Source of the DNA: a virus
Strand: one strand, 5' to 3'
DNA length: 64,000 bases
IMG/VR virus record: IMGVR_UViG_3300046169_000109
Coordinates: 4,781-68,780 of that record
The first letter of the stretch is position 1; every line of letters starts with the position of its first letter. The position numbers were made by a program, and so were the translations under genes. Below the pieces are notes generated by a model. It saw only the letters and a program-made list of their open reading frames with translations. It did not search any database and had not been told where the DNA came from. Shown here piece after piece: positions 57,212-64,000 of this stretch.

Positions 57212-59284
57212 TTACGAGCCGAAGTAATTAGTGTAATACGGAGATTTTTTTGAAGCTGTTACGAATTGCTGCTGTCTACGCTTACGCTCATCTTCTTCCT
57301 CGCTTGAGTCCATTATGTCTTGAAAAGGATCTCCAGATTTAGAGTTATTTATACCCTGCATAACGACTGAGCGCTCTTTCATTGCTTGAGGGCTGCGGGG
57401 ATCGTGCATAACCCCATAAGTACCGTCGTTTCGTTTACCGTAGGTTGGTGCGGTCTGGTTGTGATAAGCTTTGGTGTCCGCAATATTCTGAGCCTTAGAT
57501 TTTTGCATGTTGGTCAGTTGAATCTGAGAATTAAGCTGGTTAATCCGTTTCGCTTCATCCAGGTCGCGCATAGATTTGATCTCGTTGTAATCTTGCTGTG
57601 CATTTTCAGCGGTATATGCAGGTTTGGATTTGAACGGGTCTTGCGGAGGAAGTACTGATTCCGGCTCGTCCAAAGTAGGCTGCTTTGGGAACCTTTCATT
57701 AGCCGTCATCTCTACGGGCATACCCGGAGGGGGTTGGATCATGTAGTTCTTTTTACGCATCACATCATGAACGCTGGGTGCGTTTAATGTGGCGAGTCTG
57801 TCATTTTTAAACTTATCGTGAACCGTGGGAGTGGGAGCCGGTTCTTGATTTGGGCGAGGCGCTGACTCAGCTTGAGATGCAAGTCTGTCGGCATTAATCT
57901 CCTGCTGTCTGTCCTGCATTCTTTGATCCATCAAAGCTTTTCTCTCGCGAGATTTTTCTCCGTACCGAGACTGCCAATCATCATAGGCTTTATCAGCGTT
58001 AGCTCTTCTTTCTAATTTTGCTGTTCTGTCGGCATTAATCTCCTGCTCGTTGTCTTGAGCCCTTTTCACCGCGTTGTCATAGAAAGCGTTTGCCGCTGCA
58101 GCTGGATCTTCCATGCTTACGGGAGCCGGAGCAGGAGCCGGAGCCGGAGCAGGAGCCTGCGCCATAGGAGCTTGAGGAGCCGGAGCAGGAGCCGGAGCCG
58201 GAGCAGGAGCCTGCGCCATAGGAGCTTGAGGAGCCGGAGCCTGCGCCATAGGAGCTTGAGGAGCTGCGGCTGCTGGCTCGTCTAAATTTATTTTGCCAAG
58301 ATTTAAAGCCTGTACGAACTTGATCTTCTCTTGATCAGTCCAATTATTCGGGCCTTTTTTAGCCATTTCATGCTCTGGATTATTTACGGTCCATTGCATC
58401 ATATTCTCAAAATTATTATCGACCGTAGACCGGCGATCGCGACCCATACGAGTTAACTCTCTTTGGTTTTCGCGAGCGGCGTCTGCGACAAATGCACGAG
58501 AATCCATGTCGAGATCCTGTTTAGCCCGCATTCTTGCGTCGCTATAATTTCTGAAAGGTTTTTCCCGACCTGCTACATCTAAAAAACGGTCGGTTTGTGC
58601 GGTTACTCCTTCGGTTCCAAATAAGAAAGGATCGTTCTGGGCTTGCGCATTTTGCATGCGAAGCATGCGGGCTTCGGGATCTCGGTCGAGTGCAATTGCC
58701 TGGGCTTGAGCTTTCTGCTCTTCCTTTTCGGCACGCATCCGCTCAAATTCTTTTTTATCTTCTCTGTCTTTTTTCTCTTCGTCAGATTCCTCAGACTTTA
58801 TCCCTGCTTCTTCTTGCGCTTGCTCCTTCCTCCAAGGCTCCGCGTATGTGCCGTTGGCTAGAGGTACGAAGCCGTAGGGTCCGTATAAAAACTGCTTGAA
58901 ACCACTTTCGACAGTACCGTTCCAAGGCATCTTATCGGCTAGTGATCTAATCGCAGCGGCACCAAAGCTATCCCCCGCTTCTGTTATAATTTCTTGAACT
59001 CCTTTACCTCCACTAACCACTTTTTTGTAGTGATCAAAAGCTCGGAAAAGATCCTGATCGCTTCCCAGAGCTTTACCAAATGCTTCGTGAGCTACCCTGT
59101 CGCCGTCTATATCAGCGGGTAAGAAGGGACCTCTTTCGTATAACTCCGAAAATCCTCCAGATCTGCTTCCGTCAGGCTGTTTCTGGCCAAGATCGAGCTC
59201 TCTAAGCTCTTCAACTATTTCTTCGCGAGCTATACCCCGCTTGTCGGCTAACAATTGGATAGGATCTTTTAATTCTTCTGCCAT
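57212..59284 (-). CDS. putative internal virion protein
   Basis: 690 aa with Q/A/P-rich repeats at about 58123-58265, adjacent to the giant protein. Confidence 0.55.
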   Translation of the reverse strand: MAEELKDPIQLLADKRGIAREEIVEELRELDLGQKQPDGSRSGGFSELYERGPFLPADIDGDRVAHEAFGKALGSDQDLFRAFDHYKKVVSGGKGVQEIITEAGDSFGAAAIRSLADKMPWNGTVESGFKQFLYGPYGFVPLANGTYAEPWRKEQAQEEAGIKSEESDEEKKDREDKKEFERMRAEKEEQKAQAQAIALDRDPEARMLRMQNAQAQNDPFLFGTEGVTAQTDRFLDVAGREKPFRNYSDARMRAKQDLDMDSRAFVADAARENQRELTRMGRDRRSTVDNNFENMMQWTVNNPEHEMAKKGPNNWTDQEKIKFVQALNLGKINLDEPAAAAPQAPMAQAPAPQAPMAQAPAPAPAPAPAPQAPMAQAPAPAPAPAPAPVSMEDPAAAANAFYDNAVKRAQDNEQEINADRTAKLERRANADKAYDDWQSRYGEKSRERKALMDQRMQDRQQEINADRLASQAESAPRPNQEPAPTPTVHDKFKNDRLATLNAPSVHDVMRKKNYMIQPPPGMPVEMTANERFPKQPTLDEPESVLPPQDPFKSKPAYTAENAQQDYNEIKSMRDLDEAKRINQLNSQIQLTNMQKSKAQNIADTKAYHNQTAPTYGKRNDGTYGVMHDPRSPQAMKERSVVMQGINNSKSGDPFQDIMDSSEEEDERKRRQQQFVTASKKSPYYTNYFGS

Positions 59285-59308
59285 AAGCGAAAGGGTAGAT
59301 CCGGGGTA

Positions 59309-61078
59309 TTAGGGTCTCAACCGCTTGTAATTCTTCTTCAATGCATTGAGAGGCACGCGCATGAACCCGTCAGGACATAGAAGACTAGGGTTTTTATGAA
59401 GCATGCGATTAGTAATCTTCTTCTTTTTCGGGCTCTTGTATGTCGATGCACTATCGATGTTATACAATGCAATGGCTGTAGCTAGGACATGGTCGTCATG
59501 ATGACCGGGAGCAGCTTCAGGCTTGCCACGATCATTAATTACAAATGTTTTCATCTCGCGAAGTACATCTTCATCCGGGATATCTAAATTTTCTTCGATC
59601 AATTCAGCGGCCAAATGATCAATAATTGTCTTTCGAGTAATTTTATCAGTGGACCAGCCATAGCTCTTTTCAACCATACCCATGGAATCATTAAATTTTC
59701 TACGGCGATATACAGATAATCCCATATCGAGCAGGTATTTTAACAATGCTAGACCAGAATTATTAACCTCAGGGATGATAAATGCATCACCATACCATTT
59801 TGATGCGGCTTCAACCTCCTGGGCCAAGATTCCAATGTCCAAACGACTATGGTGAATCGCGACCAAACGGGGGACATGCCAGTTACCATGCCAGTCTTCA
59901 AAGGGGGCTTTCCAAATTTGTACGCTGTGGTAGTCAGGATCCGCAGAGATTCCTTGGGTTTGTTGGTCTTCCCCGGTACATGTATCCGCAGAGATTAAAT
60001 ATTTGGAGTCATGCTCAGGTTCTTCGTAGATTTTCCAAGAGCCCGCACGATCAGGAAGAAAGCTAGAGGTCTTTCCTTCGCCCTGAAGGGTAAGAGTTCC
60101 CATTTTACTGGTTACATTAGCGCTGGCCTTGATCATTTTATCAAGATTTGCAGTGTGAAATCTTGGACGGGAACTCATCAAGAAACATTCTTCAGGATCA
60201 CTAGGATATTCCTGACGAAATTTACTAATGTCCCCATTGCATTTGTCCTGGAGAACACGACGACGCCAATGCAGTTGTTCATAATTTACATCAAAGCGTT
60301 CCATTTCAGACTTTTCATCCTCCGTCATGGTATCAATGAAGTCTTGTTTATGTTCATCAGTTTCAAACGGGACTATGGAGTCCTCAAATTCAAACCATGC
60401 AGCGAATATCTTCGCCCACTCATTGTCTTGCACCCAGGTACGATAAAACCAACCGGCCGGGCCATTAGGGGTAGAGTCTGCGACAACTAAGGATAAATTG
60501 TCCCCGTCATATAAACTCTGCAAATATCCAAGAGCAGGGTCTCTTTCACCCTGCATAGGCCAGAATGCAACCTCAGTCATATTACCAACCTGAATGGTAC
60601 CAGATCGACCAGCATTTTTAGATCCCGCGGTTTCTTTACCATAAAGACTACCGCTCCGTAATTTAATCAAATCAACCAAGGATCCACCGTCCAATACACT
60701 AGCAGCTCCATTAGATTCCCAAGGAAATAAGTCATTCTCCGCATATCGACGATAGATCTCAAAAACCTTGTCCGAAGTTCCACTGATATCACCCATCAAG
60801 GATCCGGCAAGGGTCGCATGTTTACGCATATGGTGATATGTCAAAGCCTGAGCGCATGTACTAGCACCCTTTTGACGAGGCTTTAATATGATCATTTTGC
60901 ACGGTTTATCCTCGATCTGACATTTTCGATAATGCGCGAACATTCGTTTCTGCAAGGTATTCGGCTTGGGCTTGATATCCCTACCCCGCTTATCCTTGAT
61001 TACCGCGAATGTACTGAACCATACCTCAGGATCGATACGGATAAGATCCTCAAGCTGCTGGGTTTTATCCTGTCCCAT
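59309..61078 (-). CDS. terL: terminase large subunit
   Basis: ILKPRQKGAST, GRSGT...TEVAFW, DSTPNG, FRQEYP, HDDHV; start moved to 61078. Confidence 0.95.
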   Translation of the reverse strand: MGQDKTQQLEDLIRIDPEVWFSTFAVIKDKRGRDIKPKPNTLQKRMFAHYRKCQIEDKPCKMIILKPRQKGASTCAQALTYHHMRKHATLAGSLMGDISGTSDKVFEIYRRYAENDLFPWESNGAASVLDGGSLVDLIKLRSGSLYGKETAGSKNAGRSGTIQVGNMTEVAFWPMQGERDPALGYLQSLYDGDNLSLVVADSTPNGPAGWFYRTWVQDNEWAKIFAAWFEFEDSIVPFETDEHKQDFIDTMTEDEKSEMERFDVNYEQLHWRRRVLQDKCNGDISKFRQEYPSDPEECFLMSSRPRFHTANLDKMIKASANVTSKMGTLTLQGEGKTSSFLPDRAGSWKIYEEPEHDSKYLISADTCTGEDQQTQGISADPDYHSVQIWKAPFEDWHGNWHVPRLVAIHHSRLDIGILAQEVEAASKWYGDAFIIPEVNNSGLALLKYLLDMGLSVYRRRKFNDSMGMVEKSYGWSTDKITRKTIIDHLAAELIEENLDIPDEDVLREMKTFVINDRGKPEAAPGHHDDHVLATAIALYNIDSASTYKSPKKKKITNRMLHKNPSLLCPDGFMRVPLNALKKNYKRLRP

Positions 61079-61350
61079 TAGCACTTCCAGCGGCGGCGGG
61101 CTGCTTTGCCACGCTCGCCAGTCCAACTCTTAGATCTTGCACAAAATGATTTTCGTCTACCGGCCGCTTTACTGCCCTTCTTGACCTTGCCGGTTACAGC
61201 AGTCTTGAGCTTACTTCCAGGATTAGCCTTTCGATATGCAGCTACACCCTTCTTGGTCATACCAGCACCAGCTTTAGCGGTTCTGTAATTAGCTCCTTTT
61301 CCCTTCGTAGTCTTACGAATCGGTTTACTAGGCTTTCTTTTGGCCGGCAT
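61078..61350 (-). CDS. small basic phage protein (DUF6321-like)
   Basis: GMT.KGVAAYR..NPGSKLKTAV..RRKSFCAR..W.C. Confidence 0.75.
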   Translation of the reverse strand: MPAKRKPSKPIRKTTKGKGANYRTAKAGAGMTKKGVAAYRKANPGSKLKTAVTGKVKKGSKAAGRRKSFCARSKSWTGERGKAARRRWKC

Positions 61351-61352
61351 GG

Positions 61353-61502
61353 TTACTTCCCCCTTTTCGATCCTTTCTTAGGTACGCAATTTGGAACCTT
61401 TCGGCCGCCCTTGCTCTTCATGCCAATGGCACTGTAGCCCTTCCAACAAGGCCCCTTCTTCGATGTTGTACTCTTTTTAGCTTTTGGCTTTCTTGCTGGC
61501 AC
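61353..61502 (-). CDS. small basic protein (CWKGY...VPNCVP family)
   Basis: Translated by hand; GTG start after AGGAGG. Confidence 0.7.
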   Translation of the reverse strand: MPARKPKAKKSTTSKKGPCWKGYSAIGMKSKGGRKVPNCVPKKGSKRGK

Positions 61503-61584
61503 GGTTCATCCTCCTTGCTTTTGCCTGACGAATGCGAATCTGCTCGTCAGAGTTAATAAATTTTATGGTCGCTAGGTCGTACAT
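61477..61584 (-). CDS. possible 35-aa protein
   Basis: MYDLATIKFIN...; fills the gap. Confidence 0.4.
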   Translation of the reverse strand: MYDLATIKFINSDEQIRIRQAKARRMNRASKKAKS

Positions 61585-61586
61585 GA

Positions 61587-62408
61587 TTAAATTCCGTAAT
61601 TATAAGCGGCTTCTATTCTTGCGCGCTCGTCTTCGCCCATTCCGTATAAAGGATCTGTTTTTGCTTTTTGTAACTCCGGACCTTCCATGAACATATCAAC
61701 TAATCCAGATCCCATGCCTCGAAAGGTAGGTACGCGGCCTGTAAAATTGCCGGGCTTATTCGGGACAAGTTCGGCCGCTTTTCCCATGCCTTTAGCTGCA
61801 ACCTCTCGGGCTTTACCCGCTCCGGGTAGATCTCTATTTTTGTAATATTCGGTATATGATGGAGAATCTTTAGCCCAATCTTTCATACCTTTCCTAATAC
61901 CCTTATGCTGGACAATTCTTGCGTCTAGTTCTTCCCCGGTTACTGTGTGTTTGGTTGGTCTAAAATACCCCTTTTGTCTATCTTGCAAAGCATGAGCTAC
62001 CTCATGCCTAGCGATACTAGGTTTGTGCGCATCGTTTTTTAATACTACAGTGTCTTGCTTGGGATTATACCACCCATACGAATCACTACCGCGAATATTT
62101 TTATCAAAAGCCTTTACGGCGTTCCTATGAGAATCAGTACCAGTAATGTGGTTTTTTAAGTAATTAGAAGGCGGCTTTTCTACCTTATAAAGCCTTTCTC
62201 CCGATTTCATCTCATCATAAGAAATCCGGCCCATACCTTCTAAGTTTTTTCTTAATGCGCTGACTCCAGGCTTAGAGCGTAACATATTATACCCAGTACC
62301 GTCCGGAATGTAGGGACGAGCAACCGAGAACCCCTTCATTGCGGGAGTGCCTTTGCCAATAGGACTAATCCCAGGCATGAATGGTTCAATCTCGTATCCG
62401 TCTTCCAC
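61587..62408 (-). CDS. HExxH zincin-like protein
   Basis: GWYNP....V.L...RHEVAHALQ...EELDAR. Confidence 0.6.
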   Translation of the reverse strand: MEDGYEIEPFMPGISPIGKGTPAMKGFSVARPYIPDGTGYNMLRSKPGVSALRKNLEGMGRISYDEMKSGERLYKVEKPPSNYLKNHITGTDSHRNAVKAFDKNIRGSDSYGWYNPKQDTVVLKNDAHKPSIARHEVAHALQDRQKGYFRPTKHTVTGEELDARIVQHKGIRKGMKDWAKDSPSYTEYYKNRDLPGAGKAREVAAKGMGKAAELVPNKPGNFTGRVPTFRGMGSGLVDMFMEGPELQKAKTDPLYGMGEDERARIEAAYNYGI

Positions 62409-62599
62409 TACTCCTCGTCGACCTCGTCCAAATCGAAGTCCATTTCGAATTCGACATCGTTTTCAATCTCGACCTCGCAAAAGCGGTCGACCACAGTAAG
62501 TGCAATCTGACCCATTTCAAATTCATCAATGTCAGATTCTTCCCACCAGCGGACAAATACCGCAGATAGTTCGTTTTCAAATTGTTTTTCAGGTGTCAT
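62408..62599 (-). CDS. acidic hypothetical protein
   Basis: Coupled at both ends. Confidence 0.65.
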   Translation of the reverse strand: MTPEKQFENELSAVFVRWWEESDIDEFEMGQIALTVVDRFCEVEIENDVEFEMDFDLDEVDEE

Positions 62600-63162
62600 C
62601 GGTTTCCAGATACTAAGTTGTTTGAAGGATGTTGGCCGGTGCCGAACTTTCGCAAGGCGTTGGAAGTTTTTTCCATGCGTTGGCGAATACCAGCTCGACC
62701 CCTTGATTCGGCATCTCGATACTCGTCGCTATCTAAAAACTCGTCAGCAGCCTGAATAAATTCGCCGTTATTTATATGTTCCAAGGTGTTTGGACTTCCA
62801 CCAAGGCTACCCCGGAAGTGCGAGGATGCTAGGGGGACTTGAAGTTCAGGTGGATAGACCTCGAACTCAGGCATTAGGCTGTGGATCTCAGGTCGGCGGT
62901 CGTATATGTCCTGTTTTAAAAGTTGAGAAGCTTCGTCTTCTGTAATTTTTGCTCCAGGTATTGCGCGATCACCGGTATGTCCGTGTCCTATGGTAGGTAC
63001 ATCCCCCCGGGTGGGTACCGTCGTGGTTTCGAGCATGCCTTCTTGTGCTTTAAGCTCTTTGTAAAGATCTCGTTCCCACTGAGGGACGTTTTCGACCTGA
63101 GACTGAGGAGTTAATTCAAATAATTCCTCGATTTCACGCCTTTTTGACTCTTCAAGATTCAT
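62596..63162 (-). CDS. phage lysozyme (GH24-like)
   Basis: LK.QEG...D.PTIGHGH, IT.DEA..LL..DI, AADEFLDS. Confidence 0.8.
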   Translation of the reverse strand: MNLEESKRREIEELFELTPQSQVENVPQWERDLYKELKAQEGMLETTTVPTRGDVPTIGHGHTGDRAIPGAKITEDEASQLLKQDIYDRRPEIHSLMPEFEVYPPELQVPLASSHFRGSLGGSPNTLEHINNGEFIQAADEFLDSDEYRDAESRGRAGIRQRMEKTSNALRKFGTGQHPSNNLVSGNR

Positions 63163-63544
63163 TTTCGATCGCCAAAGGCTCCTCTTTTACGGATTCTGCG
63201 TAAACATCGACGATTTCGTTCAAATCCATGCCAGAACTGCGAAATCTGGACAGAATATCTCCGGTGCTGATCTCTTGGGAATTGTCTTTAGAGACGGTAA
63301 TTTCCGCTCTAGTGGCCGGTTTTCCAAATCCGTACTCTAAAAGCAACTTTGCGGCGGTTATTCGAACCGTGTGACTAGCAACTTCTTCGTATTCTACCCC
63401 TCTTTGCCCGTCTTCCCGGTTTTTGCGGACGGTTTGTTTAGCTTTAAGCCCGTCACGCAAAGCGGCTACAGCTAGTTCAAAGTCATCATCGTGGATGAAT
63501 TTGTGTACATCTTCACGCAATCGAGTAGTTTGTTTGTTTGGCAT
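63152..63544 (-). CDS. probable terminase small subunit
   Basis: RITAAKLLLEYGFGKP motif; first gene of the late arm. Confidence 0.6.
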   Translation of the reverse strand: MPNKQTTRLREDVHKFIHDDDFELAVAALRDGLKAKQTVRKNREDGQRGVEYEEVASHTVRITAAKLLLEYGFGKPATRAEITVSKDNSQEISTGDILSRFRSSGMDLNEIVDVYAESVKEEPLAIENES

Positions 63545-63565
63545 ACGCTGAAAGGAGTCCTCTTT

Positions 63566-63609
63566 GCGATACAATGTAACTTTTTGGTACCCGGGGGGCT
63601 AGCGGTTGC
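63566..63609 (-). promoter_or_regulatory. late-type promoter
   Basis: GCAACCGC-TAGCCC-17 bp-TACATT. Confidence 0.6.
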
Positions 63610-64000
63610 TTACAGCGTAAACATATCGACATGGACATGTTTAAAATCTTCTTCTTTTTCGACACATCCAGAGGAAAGCGGCCCGAAAAGATTGTTTTTT
63701 ATTTTAGTAATTGATAGTCGAGTGCGAGTGGTAGTGATAGTTGGTACCCGGCGGGAGGTGGGGGGTGCATAGCGCCTCCCATCGATAGAGGGGATCGACT
63801 ATTAGTACGAGTCGGAGTCGACCGAGGGTACAAAGTCGATACACTTCAGTGGATTGACTGCGGTAACCGACTAGTAGTCAACGAGTTAGCGTCGGTGACA
63901 CACTAGATTCGGAATCCAGTGACGGTTGAGGAGGTCAAGAGACGAGCGTGCGAGTCCCTTGATCCCTCAGAGTCTGGATGCAGAATATCGTGTGGCAGTG

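Overview
The window holds most of a temperate, podovirus-like dsDNA phage genome, with no host genes. From left to right: AT-rich early genes (- strand, 1-1975); three ribbon-helix-helix regulators around an iteron/IHF-rich origin-like region; and a + strand replication arm (RuvC-like resolvase, Mom-like GNAT, ParB-like protein, Zn-ribbon, stand-alone sigma70-region-4 protein, SF2 helicase, tRNA-Ala and tRNA-Thr, split DUF2800-type nuclease, SSB-like protein, PolA, dNMP kinase, frameshifted primase-helicase). Next come an attP carrying the 5' half of tRNA-Leu(CAA) and a tyrosine integrase. A 44-kb - strand late arm follows (terS, lysozyme, terL, a 3973-aa ejection-type protein, portal, tail/LamG modules, lysis genes, scaffold, N4-gp56-type capsid, adaptor, nozzle). 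The most striking signals: (1) a small FN3-like protein that lacks its first beta-strand, together with tandem arrays of FN3 A-strand-like peptides (GPTNL) in three tail proteins, suggesting donor-strand-complemented fibre assembly; (2) a family of about ten late-type promoters, CAA-N4-TTG/17 bp/-10, several with the start codon at the predicted +1; (3) a CCACACACCA motif at the start of eleven early/middle genes, three preceded by a CUGCAA-loop hairpin, with a complementary switch-like element in the polymerase leader; (4) a 5'-half-tRNA attP; (5) two split genes. All family calls come from motif recognition by eye, not from database searches.
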